A stretch of DNA of 64,000 nucleotides, taken from assembly GCA_963814975.1 (NCBI GenBank), contig CAWFFB010000010.1, positions 1 to 64,000 on the forward strand. Direction: 5' to 3'. Numbering within the stretch: position 1 is the stretch's first letter; every line of letters starts with the position of its first letter. The notes under the pieces are model-generated. The model ran no database searches and was not told the origin of the DNA. It worked only from the letters and a program-made list of their open reading frames with translations. The DNA is from an uncultured Acidobacteriota bacterium (GTDB lineage Bacteria > Acidobacteriota > Vicinamibacteria > Vicinamibacterales > CAVVIG01). The translations under genes and the position numbers were made by a program. Shown here piece after piece: positions 9,378-19,692 of this stretch.

Positions 9378-11009
9378 TCAGCGATCGTCCCAGTCCGCGG
9401 TCGCGAGGAACTTCGGCGGGCGGCGATGCTTGGTCCCCTGCTCGTACGCGTACGCGAGTTTGATCAGCAGGGCTTCGCTCCACGCGCGGCCGATGAACGA
9501 GATCCCGACCGGCAGGCCAAACGCGTAGCCGGCCGGTACCGTGATCGAAGGATACCCGGCGACTGCCGCCGGGGTGCTGCTTGACCCGATAAAGTGGTCG
9601 CCGTTGACGAGATCCGTCGGCCATGCCGGGTGGCCAGTTGGCGCGACAAGCGCATCCAGACGGAGGCCGTCGATCACCGCGTCGATCCCCTCTTTCCGCG
9701 ACAACCGCAAATTCATCGCGAGCGCGTCGCGGTATGCCTTGTCGGTGAGGGGGCCCTTCTTCTGGGCCTGAACCAGGAGCTCCTGACCGAAGAACGGCAT
9801 CTCGCGGGAGCGATTGGCCTCGTTGAATGCGATGAGATCTGCCAGCGAGTGCACCCTCGCCGACGGCCCCAGTGCGCCGAGATACTTGTCGAGATTCGCC
9901 TTGAACTCATACAACAACACCTCGAGCTCGCTCGCGTCGTATCGGCCGGCGTTCGGGATATCCGCCGGATCAACGATGACGGCGCCGAGCTCCCTCATCC
10001 GCTCGATTGCAGTGTTGGCGATTCTGTCGGTCACCTCGCTGTACCCGAAGAACGTCGCGCGCGCCACACCGATGCGCGCACCGTGCAAACCGTCCCTCTC
10101 CAGCGATGCGCGGTAGTCTGTCACCGTCCGGTGGCGGCTCGTTGTCGCTGGATCGCGCGGATCGACGCCTGACAGGACGTTGAGGAGCGCCGCGGCGTCT
10201 TCGACCGTCCGGGCCATCGGCCCGGCGGTGTCTTGGCTGGGCGCGATGGGTATGATGCCGGACCGACTGACCAGCCCCACCGTCGGCTTGATGCCAACGA
10301 GCGACGTCGCGCTGGACGGACAGACGATCGATCCGTCGGTCTCCGTGCCGACGCCAACCGTCGAAAGACTCGCGGCGACGGCGACGGCCGTTCCCGAGCT
10401 CGATCCGCACGGATTGCGATCGAGCGCGTATGGATTGAGCACCAGACCGCCGCGTCCGCTCCAGCCGCTCGTCGAACGCGTCGATCGGAAGTTCGCCCAT
10501 TCACTCAGATTCGTCTTGCCGAGAATGACTGCCCCGGCGGCGCGCAGGCGCTCGACGATGAAGGCGTCGCGGGCGGCGATCGAGCCATCGAGCGCGAGCG
10601 ACCCGGCGGAGGTCGACATGCGATCCGCCGTGTCGATGTTGTCCTTGATCAGAACCGGAACACCGTGAAGCGGTCCGCGCGGGCCGCCGGCCTTGCGCTC
10701 GGCGTCGAGCGCGTCGGCAATGGCGAGGGCGTCGGGGTTGAGCTCGATGACCGAATTGAGCGAGGGACCATTGCGATCGAGCATCTGGATACGCGAGAGA
10801 TACTGCTCCGCAATCCGTCGCGCCGTGCGACGGCCCGACTGCTGATCCCGTGCAAGGTCCGCGATGGTCGCGTCCTCGAGATCGAACCGCTCGGGAGACG
10901 ACTGGGTTGCACGCTCGCGGGCCTGGGTGGACCCGATGGCGACCAGGAGGGTGCCAGCCGTCCCGCAGCAAGCGACGAGCAGCGCCACCGCACATGTACG
11001 CAGTCTCAT
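9378..11009 (-). CDS. amidase-signature family amidase, secreted
   Basis: 543-aa intact ORF with an N-terminal signal-like region (MRLRTCAVALLVACCGTAG) and the amidase signature GGSSSGTAVAVAASLSTVGVGTETDGSIVCPSS. Confidence 0.85.
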   Translation of the reverse strand: MRLRTCAVALLVACCGTAGTLLVAIGSTQARERATQSSPERFDLEDATIADLARDQQSGRRTARRIAEQYLSRIQMLDRNGPSLNSVIELNPDALAIADALDAERKAGGPRGPLHGVPVLIKDNIDTADRMSTSAGSLALDGSIAARDAFIVERLRAAGAVILGKTNLSEWANFRSTRSTSGWSGRGGLVLNPYALDRNPCGSSSGTAVAVAASLSTVGVGTETDGSIVCPSSATSLVGIKPTVGLVSRSGIIPIAPSQDTAGPMARTVEDAAALLNVLSGVDPRDPATTSRHRTVTDYRASLERDGLHGARIGVARATFFGYSEVTDRIANTAIERMRELGAVIVDPADIPNAGRYDASELEVLLYEFKANLDKYLGALGPSARVHSLADLIAFNEANRSREMPFFGQELLVQAQKKGPLTDKAYRDALAMNLRLSRKEGIDAVIDGLRLDALVAPTGHPAWPTDLVNGDHFIGSSSTPAAVAGYPSITVPAGYAFGLPVGISFIGRAWSEALLIKLAYAYEQGTKHRRPPKFLATADWDDR

Positions 11010-11183
11010 GGCACCTCCCGCGAAGGGCCCGAACGTGAATCCATCATGTGAACCCGATCCGGTTGCGATGGTCCAAGAGCGATCAGGTGCGGCGACCGTC
11101 CTGCCGAACGTCTTGCGGCGAGCCGTCGGATGGCATGAAGCGTCGCCCTCGGAAGGCGGCGTGCTCGCTGGTGCATTGACTCT

Positions 11184-13606
11184 CTAAACTGAAGTCGGGA
11201 CCGGGCGCTTGCGGATCAGCTGCCAGACCCTTGCAGGCGACAGCGGCAGCTCTCGAATATTCACGCCGAGCGGTGAGAGCGCGTCCTCAACGGCACTCGC
11301 GATCGCGGCCGGAGACGGAATCGCGGCGCCTTCGCCGGCGGCCTTCTGGCCGAACGTCGTGTAGGGGCACGGCACCGGGTGGTGCTCCACCTCGATATGG
11401 GGAGTCTCCAGGGTCGTCGACTTGCCATAGTCGAGCAGCGTGAGCGTCAAGAGCTGACCGTCGGGGCCATAGACGAATCCCTCACCGAGCGCCACGGAGA
11501 TCCCGTGCGCCGCGGAACCGTAGATCTGTCCATCGACCACGGCGGGGTTGATCAACGTGCCGTTGTCGCTGACGATGACGTAGCGCAAAACGCGGACTCG
11601 TCCCGTCTCGGCGTCGACTTCGACCACCGCAGCATGAGCCGCGGATGAAAACGTGTACTGCGCCCGGACGCGGCCGTGCCGGTCGGGCAGCATCAGTGGA
11701 TCGGCGTGCGGGTGCTGGTGGTAGTACGTCACCTCGAGACCAGGCTCAAAGCCTTCGGGAATGAGTGACTGGTTGCCGTAGGCGATCTTGCCGAGTTGCG
11801 CGAAGCTGATCGTCTTGGCCGCATCGGACCTGCTGCATACGACACCGTTCTCCAAGACGAGGCAGCTCTTCTCTGTCTGAAGCACGTGCGCGGCGAGCGT
11901 CAATATCTTGTCCCGCAGTCGCGTGGCCGCTCCGTGGACGGCGCCGACGTCATAGAGATGGAAGTTGTTGCCGCTGTTCGAGGACGATACGCCCCACGGA
12001 GAGAGAAGGGAATCAAAAGGGCCGGCCATCGAGATACGTTCAGGGGCGATTCCGAGGATGTCGCCGGCAATCTGAGATGCCGTGGTTCCATGGGACTGTC
12101 CGCAGCTTGGGGAGCCCAGCGTGACCACGACGCCGCCATTCTTCTCGATCTTTACCGTGGCGCCCTCCACGCCGCCGGCGCCGGGCATCTGCTTCGATTC
12201 CGGAAAAATAGCCATGTCGCGAGCTGCATTCCTGCCGCCGGGCTCGACGCCGATGACCACGCCGACTCCGATCAGGCGGCCGTTCGCTCGTTCCACTGCC
12301 TGGGTCTCTCGAACCCGGTCATACCCGACGTTCGTTAGGACCTTGTCCAGCAGCGTCTGATAGTCGCCGCTGCCGTGAATATTGCCGTTCGGAGTCGTAT
12401 ACGGGAACTGATCGACGGCAATGAGGTTCCGGCGGCGCACGGCGACAGGGTCGAGCGCCAGTTCCCGGGCGACGCCGTCCATCATGCGCTCCCAGATGAA
12501 GCACATCCCCGGTTTGCCGATTCCGCGGTTCGGGACGACGGGGCACTTGTTGGTCAGAACCGACCGCCCCTCCAGCCTCAGGTGCTTGACGTTGTAGGTG
12601 TTGAAGAGATTGTTCAGCTTGTTGGTGAAATGGATCGTCAGCGTGCTGATCGAGCCGCCGACGTCGTCGGTGTCCAGAATCTTCAGGCCCAGAACCTCAC
12701 CATCGGCCTTGACTGCAGCTTCGACCTCGAACTCCTGATCGCACGAGTGACCTCCCGCCATCATGTGTTCGCTTCGATCTTCAATCCACTTCACCGGCCG
12801 GCCCGTCTTCAGGGCCATCAGCGCAGTCAGCACCGCGTATTTACGGATCAGGTGAATCTTCTGACCAAAACCTCCGCCGATATCCGGCACGATGACGCGG
12901 ACAGCCTCGATGCCCAACGCTTCGGTCAGCGCCTCGTACACGACTTCAGGAGACTGGGCATTGCACCAGATCGTCAATCGCTCTGGGGTGGATTCGGCCA
13001 GACAGGCAAATGGCTCGAGAGGCGTCGAGCTATAGCGGTGAATCTTCAGATGCTCGCCGGACGACACTGTCGGCGGCTCTGAAACGCGCGATCGACGTCC
13101 CCGTAAGACACATGGCCGCGCCAGGCGACGTTGCTCCCGAGCTCTTCGTACAGAAGCGGCGCGGATGGACCGGCCGCGTCCTCCGTGGTCGTGACGGCGT
13201 GAAGGCGGTCGTACTCGATCTCGATCAGGTCGAGCGCGTCCTCGGCTCTCGCGCGCGTGTCGGCCGCGACCATTGCCACTGGCTCGCCAACGTATCGCAC
13301 TTTGTCGACCGCAGACGCGTACTCGGGGATCGGAACGCGCAGACCTGCGGCATAGCGTCCCGGTTTGAAGGGTCGCGACATGCGCTTGACGTCATCCGGC
13401 GCGATGACACCCATCACACCCGGCAGGTGTGCGGCGCCCCCTGCGTTGACGGATGTGATCCGGGCGTGTCCGTACGGGCTGCGCAGTATGCAGGCGTGCA
13501 GCATCCTCGGGAGGACGAGATCGTCCACGAAACGCCCGCGGCCAGCGACATGGCGGGGTGCTTCCTTGCTCCTTGTGCTTTGTCCTATGTATTTTCGTTG
13601 TTCCAT
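11184..13606 (-). CDS. molybdopterin-binding large subunit of a xanthine-dehydrogenase-family hydroxylase (CoxL-like), one frameshift near 13060
   Basis: ORF 13046..13606 supplies the N-terminal part (HVAGRGRFVDDLVLPRMLHACILRSPYGHARI). ORF 11184..13067 supplies the remaining 627 aa. Together they make about 800 aa, the usual size of this family. Confidence 0.85.
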
Positions 13607-14140
13607 TGCCCGCCTTTGCGTGCGTCAGCCGGGCTCGCCGCCTGGCCCTGCGATGCTTGACCAGGCGGATGCGTCGACAGCGTCAGGGCGGCCTGTTTGA
13701 CGGCTTCCACGATCTGCATGTAGCCGGTGCACATGCAAAGGTTGCTCGAGAGGTCCTTCCGAATGTCCTCTTCGGTCGGAGCAGGATTGCGGTCCAGCAG
13801 CGAATAACTGGCCATCAGGAACCCCGGCGTGCAGAAGCCGCACTGCAACGCGAAGTTGCGGATGAAGGCTTCCTGAATCGGATGCAGCGTGCCGCCTCGG
13901 GCCAGTCCCTCTACCGTCGTCACGTCGCGGTCGATTGGCTTGCACTGCGAGCATCAGACACGATTTCACGAGAGCGCCGTCGACCAGAACCGAGCAGGCC
14001 CCGCATTCGCCGACGACGCATCCGACGTGTGTGCCGGTCAAACCAAGCGTCTCGCGTAGAAACTGCACCAGCAGCGTCCGAGGTTCCGCCTCCTCCTCGT
14101 ACGATTGGCCGTTGACCCGGACGTTCACCCGAAGTTTCAT
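13603..14140 (-). CDS. coxS: [2Fe-2S]-binding small subunit of molybdenum hydroxylase (CoxS-like), one frameshift near 13900
   Basis: ORF 13625..14140 begins [17 protein letters not shown]...[16 protein letters not shown], the plant-ferredoxin-like cluster. ORF 13585..13923 carries [15 protein letters not shown]...NLCMCTGY, the second cluster. Confidence 0.8.
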
Positions 14141-14348
14141 GACCTGCTTCCGAAGTAGGTAGCGTCCGGCTTTAGCCGCACCTGCCGACGATCTGCCTGC
14201 CGCCTTGACGCGCGAAGCGCGCTTCGGCGAGCCTCACCGGCGGAGGCAAGAAGACGGACACTACCGCATTGTGAAAAGCGCTTTGAGTCCAGAACAGCTT
14301 CCAAGACCGACCGGACGGGAAGTTCCTTCATTCGCGGGGACATTGACT

Positions 14349-16371
14349 TCAGAAGATGCTCAGCAGGACACCGGCCGGGAGCGGCGTGTGCAGGACCCGA
14401 TCGAACAGCCCGTAAACGAACAGCCAGGATGCCAGCGCATAACTCCCCGCCATCACGGGCGACTCGCGCGAAGCGGTCAGCAGGTAGAGCAGCGCGAACA
14501 GCGGAACAGTGACCAGCGCGCCCAGCAGCCACAGCATCGCGAAGAAGCCGCCCATCCAGCTGAGAGCTGACATCCACTGCGCGCGCGACGCCGTCGCCAG
14601 GACATCGATCAATTCGGCCTCCTCGACAGTGTCCTCTTCCACGAGTCCCTGCAGCTCGATCGGAACCAGACGCCGGGCGGGCGCGAAAGCGAGCGCGAGC
14701 TTCAGCAGCGCCATGCCGAACAGGACCGAGCCGGCGGCGAGCGGGAAGAGACTGGTGCGAAACGGCCATGCGCGCGCCTGCACGAGCACTGCCGCCGCCA
14801 CGCTCAGGAACACAACGGTAATGGCGATGTCCATGCTGAGCAGTCGCCGAGGCCACCGGACGGTGTCGTCGGCCAGGTCGGGAGGGCTTGCCTGGGACCG
14901 ACCCTGCTTGCTGATCCGCATCCGAACGAATGGCCAGGCCACGCCGGCAATGGTGACCGCAGCGAACGCCACTACCAGCGGGCGCTTCAGCCACGTCCAC
15001 TCGTAGAGCGAATAGGACAGGAACAGGTAACGTTCGGCGATGTCGCCGAGGACCAGGGCCAGCAGCAAGGGCGCCCGCGGCCAGTCCCACAGGACCGCTG
15101 CGATGCCGACGGCCGTCGCTGCCAGCATCAGGAGAATGTCGGCGAAGGTGTTGTGCGCGGTGTAGGCGCCGAATGCGAGGAGTACCAGCAGGAAGGGCAC
15201 GAGCAGCGTCCCCTTCACGCGGGTGAGGCGAACCAGCTGGTTGAGGAACAGGAAGGACACCGAGACCGCGATGATATTCGAGAGGACGATCACCCAGACC
15301 ATCGAGTAGGTGACGTCGAGGTTTTTCGTCAGCATGGCCGGCCCCGGCACCAGGCCTTTGAGCAGGAAGACGCTCAGCAAGAATCGCCATCGAGATGCTG
15401 CCGGGAATACCGAACGCGACCGTCGGGATCAGGTTGCCTCCCTCCCGCGAATTGTTGACCGCGCCGGCCGCGAGCACGCCTTCGACGTTGCCCTTGCCGA
15501 ACGTCTCCGGGTGCTTCGAGGTCTGCTGGGCGTGAGCGTACGCGATGAACTGCGAGACCGCTCCGCCCATGCCGGGGATCACGCCGATGGCGACGCCGAT
15601 GGCGCTGGCGCGAAGCGTCAGCGACATGTGCGCGAACGTGTCGCGGACGCCTTGCATGACGCCGGCAATCGGTCGGCTCTCTGCGGATCGCGCGATGCTG
15701 CCCTTGGTCATCATCAGCTGCAGCACTTCGGCACCGCCGAAGAGACCGACGACAACCGGCACGACGTTGACGCCGTCCCAGAGGTACAAGTGGCCGAACG
15801 TGAAGCGCTGGATGCTGCTCTGCGGATCCAGTCCCACCATCGCGAGCAGGAATCCGAACGCGGCCATGATGAACCCCTTCACCAGGTTCCGCCCGGCGAG
15901 AGAGATGATGAAGCTGAGGCCGAGCAGCGTCAGCATCAGGAACTCGGGAGGGCCAAACGCGAGCACGAGCGGACGGATCACCGGCACCGACACGGCCAGC
16001 ACCGCCGCGCCGACCAGGGCGCCGACCAGCGAGCTGAACAACACCGCGCCGAGCGCCCGACCGGCCTCGCCGCGGCGCGTCATCGGGTAGCCGTCCAGCA
16101 CCGTCGCGGCGGATGTCGCCTCGCCCGGGATGCCGAACAGCACCGAGGTGATGTCGCCGGCCGTGGCCGTCACCGCGTGCATCCCCAGCAGGAAGGCGAA
16201 CGCCGAAATCGCGTCCATCGGATAGACGAACGGCAGCATCATCGAGAGCGTCGCGGCCCCTCCCAGCCCCGGCAGGATCCCGACGACGAGGCCGACCGCG
16301 ATTCCAACCAGCATGATGCCGAAGGTGTGGGGGGCGAGCACCTGCAGCAGCGCCGCGAAGAAGACGTTCAA
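14349..16371 (-). CDS. tctA: tripartite tricarboxylate transporter large permease TctA with C-terminal TctB-like extension, one frameshift near 15350
   Basis: The N-terminal 340 aa of ORF 14137..16371 are TctA-like (MNVFFAALLQVLAPHTFGIML...GIPGSISMAILAERL). ORF 14349..15380 continues them (LLKGLVPGPAML...) and then adds about 160 aa of extra TM helices resembling the small TctB subunit. The start overlaps the ubiD-family stop by 4 nt. Confidence 0.75.
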
Positions 16372-18059
16372 TCCTTCCTGTCCATCGGGCTGACGCCGGG
16401 CCCCGTGAGGTCTTCGTTCGTAAAGTCGGGCGCCTTCGAGCCCGGTCTAGAGGGTGTCGGGGACGCAGAGCCGGCCGGCCGGCTGCTATCGGAGGATTCG
16501 CCCACCGCCGTCGACGGGAGGACGCTTTCCGGCAGCGGGAAGCGCGGGTCCGCGAAGAGATCCTTCCACTTGGCGACCGTCTCACGAATGAGCGCCGGGC
16601 TCGCTTGAGCCACCCGTGGAAACGTGTCGAGTTTTTCGAAGGGGCGGCAGGCATCGATCAGCGCGCGCGTGTTGTACGGAACAGCCGGGTTTTCGAGCAG
16701 CGGGTCTACTTTGCTGCCCCAGGACCTGCGCATGATGTCGATGTCCCCGGCGGGCTCGCAGCGAGTGCAGACGGCCCACATCACCTCATCCAGGTTCATC
16801 GGATCGACGTCCTCGTCCACGACAATCACGAAGCGGTTCATGTAGGCGGCGGCCTGGCACTGCGCGGCGATGTAGCCGGCCTGTCGCGAATGGCCGCAGA
16901 AACGCTGCGTGATCGAAACAACCACCAGCAGGCGCCCGCCGCCGGTCTCGTGGGCCCAGACGCCCCGCACATCTCGCACGCCGACCTTGCTCAGCTCGTC
17001 CTGGATCATCGCCGATTTCAGCAGGGCGCGCATATACGAGTAGTCGTTGGGCGGCTTGCCAGGCGGCGCGCCGAGGATGATCGGGTTGTTCCGGAAATAC
17101 AGTCGCTCGATGTCGATGGTCGGGACCGGGAGCCGGGAACCCGAATAGTAGCCGGTCCACTCGCCGAACGGGCCTTCGCGAAGCACCCTGTCTGGATGGA
17201 TCCAGCCCTCCACCACGATCTCGGCGGCGGCCGGCATCGGCAAGCCGGTCACCTGGCCGCGGACAACGCTCAATTTCTGACCGACCATTGCCCCGGCGTA
17301 CGCATACTCGCTGATTGTGTTCGGCACCTCGGTGCCGGCGACCATCAGCAGCAGCGGGTCGTGGCCGAAGGAGGCCAGGACCGGCGCTTTGCCATGCTTC
17401 GCGAACCAACGATCGTATTGCGCCCGGCCCTGCTTGCCGGCCTCCGCGTTGATGGTTGCCGATCGGCCGCCCTCCTGAATCATCATGCGATATGCGCCGA
17501 CGTTAATCCGTCCCGTGTCGGGGTCACTTGTCACCACCGCGACGCCGGTGCCGATGTAGCGTCCGCCGTCGTGTTCGTGCCAAAGCGGCGCCGGGAAGCG
17601 AGCGAGGTCAACGTCGCGGCCCACGACGACGTTTTCGAAGATCGGCCCACGCTCGAGCACTTGCGGCTCAAAGCGTGGCGCGGCGGATTCCCACTCGAGC
17701 GGCTTGCCGCGAAGCGCCTGGACGAGCCCGATCGTGTCGAGCCCTGGGTCGAGTCCAAGCGTGACCGCCATGCGGCGCGCGTTGCTGAGGGAACCGGTCA
17801 GCACCCGGTACCCGCGTGGGTAGCCGACGATGTCGTCGAACAGGAGCGCGGCGGAGGGCTTCCTGCGGTAATTGATCTCCGAGATCGCTCCAATCTCGCG
17901 ATCCCAATGGGCACCGGAGACGTGCTGCAGTTCGCGCAGGCTCTCGATTCGTGCAATCCAACCGCGGAGCTCGGTCGGCCGCCCGGTCGGCACGGGTGTC
18001 CCGCCCGCGGGGCCAAAATCATCGACGCTGCTCATCTCGGCTACTCCACTGCGCGGCAA
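16368..18059 (-). CDS. UbiD-family (prFMN-dependent) reversible decarboxylase
   Basis: 563-aa intact ORF. Its length and overall sequence fit UbiD/Fdc1/VdcC. Recognisable stretches include GPFGEWTGYY and RFPAPLWHEHDGGRYIGTG. Confidence 0.85.
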   Translation of the reverse strand: MPRSGVAEMSSVDDFGPAGGTPVPTGRPTELRGWIARIESLRELQHVSGAHWDREIGAISEINYRRKPSAALLFDDIVGYPRGYRVLTGSLSNARRMAVTLGLDPGLDTIGLVQALRGKPLEWESAAPRFEPQVLERGPIFENVVVGRDVDLARFPAPLWHEHDGGRYIGTGVAVVTSDPDTGRINVGAYRMMIQEGGRSATINAEAGKQGRAQYDRWFAKHGKAPVLASFGHDPLLLMVAGTEVPNTISEYAYAGAMVGQKLSVVRGQVTGLPMPAAAEIVVEGWIHPDRVLREGPFGEWTGYYSGSRLPVPTIDIERLYFRNNPIILGAPPGKPPNDYSYMRALLKSAMIQDELSKVGVRDVRGVWAHETGGGRLLVVVSITQRFCGHSRQAGYIAAQCQAAAYMNRFVIVVDEDVDPMNLDEVMWAVCTRCEPAGDIDIMRRSWGSKVDPLLENPAVPYNTRALIDACRPFEKLDTFPRVAQASPALIRETVAKWKDLFADPRFPLPESVLPSTAVGESSDSSRPAGSASPTPSRPGSKAPDFTNEDLTGPGVSPMDRKD

Positions 18060-18157
18060 CGAAGCTTCGCCTCAAACCGCCAAGTTGCCGCCCGCACGCA
18101 GGGTGGCGCACCACAGAAGTATTTGCTTCACGCGTGACGTTCCCGCCCAAGAAGAGT

Positions 18158-19324
18158 CTAGGGCTGGAGGATCTTCTGGTACTTCGCTGCAATGTCGGGC
18201 GTCGTGGCCAGCACCTCATTGAGGACCTTCTGGATCTCGCCCGCGGTCTTCGGCTGGAACTCGAGCTTCAGCGCCTTGGCCTCCGCAAGGAAGGCCGCAT
18301 CCTGATAAGTCGCCATGAGCGCGTTGCGCATCACCCGCACGCGGCTTTCGTCGACGCCCGGCGGCAGGGTGAAGGGCTTGCTCATCGCCCCAGGCGCATC
18401 CACCAGGCGAAGCAGGGCTCGACTTTCCTCGTCCTTGGCGAACTCCAGCGCCAGTGGCACGTTCGGCAGATCCCTGTGCCGCGTGGTCCCGTTCTGAACG
18501 AACACGAGGGCATACTTGTCGTCCAACCACTGGGTCGAAGCCGACCGCACCGACTCCCAACCGAGACACATGCCCTGAATCTCGCCTCGCTCGACCCCGA
18601 TCCGTACGTCGTTCGTCGTGGGGTAGCCAGCCACGGCCTTCAGGTTCGCTCCGGTCGCCATCGCGAGGACGCGGGGGGCGTCATAGGTGTTCGAGCCAGG
18701 TCCCGTCCCGCCGACCGCGATTGGCGTCGCGCGGCCGATCATGTCTTTGAAGGCCGTCGCGGACGCGTCGGTGCGCACGATGCACACATTGGGATCGACG
18801 TACGAGCTACCCAGCCAGTTGAACTCCCGCAGGTCGAACTGAACGCCCTCGACGCCGGTCAATTGGCTCATGACCTGCGCCTCGTGGAAGAGACCAATCA
18901 CCGTGCCGTCTTTCGACGCGGCGCTGAACATGTGGTTCGCGGCCACCAGACCACCGCCGCCAGGCATGTTCTGGACGATGACGATGGGCGCGCCCGGAAT
19001 GTGCTTCCCAATATGGCGCGAAACCAGGCGCGCCGTCGTATCGAAGCCGCCGCCCGCTCCCGATCCGACGATGATGCTGACGGTCTTCCGGCGATAGAAC
19101 GCCTCGGCTGCTTGCCGCTGCTCGGCGGTCAGCGCCGGCGCGCTCGCGTCAATCTGGGAGGTGGTCGGGATGGACTCGGCGCTTGGGACGGTCGCGGGAG
19201 GAGGCGGCGGGGGTGCTTCTCCGCAGGCGACCAGGGACAGCGCCGCCGCCAAGCCGAGGACGGTGCGCCACATCTTGTCATTCACGTGATTGATGCCCGC
19301 CCAGGCCTTGCCGCGGTCGGCCAT
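18158..19324 (-). CDS. tctC: TctC/Bug-family periplasmic substrate-binding protein
   Basis: 388-aa intact ORF with a signal peptide/lipobox (LSLVACGEA) and the Bug-family fold motifs (IIVGSGAGGGFDTTARL, QNMPGGGGLVAAN). Confidence 0.85.
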   Translation of the reverse strand: MADRGKAWAGINHVNDKMWRTVLGLAAALSLVACGEAPPPPPPATVPSAESIPTTSQIDASAPALTAEQRQAAEAFYRRKTVSIIVGSGAGGGFDTTARLVSRHIGKHIPGAPIVIVQNMPGGGGLVAANHMFSAASKDGTVIGLFHEAQVMSQLTGVEGVQFDLREFNWLGSSYVDPNVCIVRTDASATAFKDMIGRATPIAVGGTGPGSNTYDAPRVLAMATGANLKAVAGYPTTNDVRIGVERGEIQGMCLGWESVRSASTQWLDDKYALVFVQNGTTRHRDLPNVPLALEFAKDEESRALLRLVDAPGAMSKPFTLPPGVDESRVRVMRNALMATYQDAAFLAEAKALKLEFQPKTAGEIQKVLNEVLATTPDIAAKYQKILQP

Positions 19325-19692
19325 TACCGGACTCGTCCGGTCCGGATGAAGGGGATACTACTTACAGGCATGTGAAACGGCTCTAGGGTACATCAACCCT
19401 CCGCGAACCAAAAGATTCGCTGGGCGTGGAGCCTCGAGGTGTCGAGCCGCGCCGGAGCACACGCACGTTGACGCGACGCTTGCCGAACGTTTTGGCCCGC
19501 CGGCAGTCGGGCACGAAGGGGTCGATTCGGCGGCCCTTTACAGCGGCGCCCCCATCAGTCACTGTGTGGGTTCCTGAGTACCGGCTGGGCTGGTACCGAC
19601 ATCGATAACCGACCCGAGCGGCAAGGCCGGATGATCGGCGCGATGCCCCCGATGGCTGGCATTCACTTTGCCGGGAATATTCGAGGCATTTC

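Noticed and set aside
6930-14140. Annotating the Mo-hydroxylase genes as a carbon monoxide dehydrogenase (coxMSL) operon
   Set aside because: The large subunit lacks both CODH active-site loops (AYRCSFR / AYRGAGR). The gene order is S-L...M-G with hydrolases interposed. No coxDEF accessory genes are present. I therefore call a generic xanthine-dehydrogenase-family hydroxylase.
15310-18137. Long plus-strand ORFs (432 aa, 510 aa) and minus ORF 15374..16654
   Set aside because: They are antisense or off-frame to the TctA and UbiD genes. They are Arg/Asp/His-rich with no motifs.
17951-19375. 474-aa plus-strand ORF
   Set aside because: It is antisense to the intact TctC gene and has low-complexity Arg/Gly composition.
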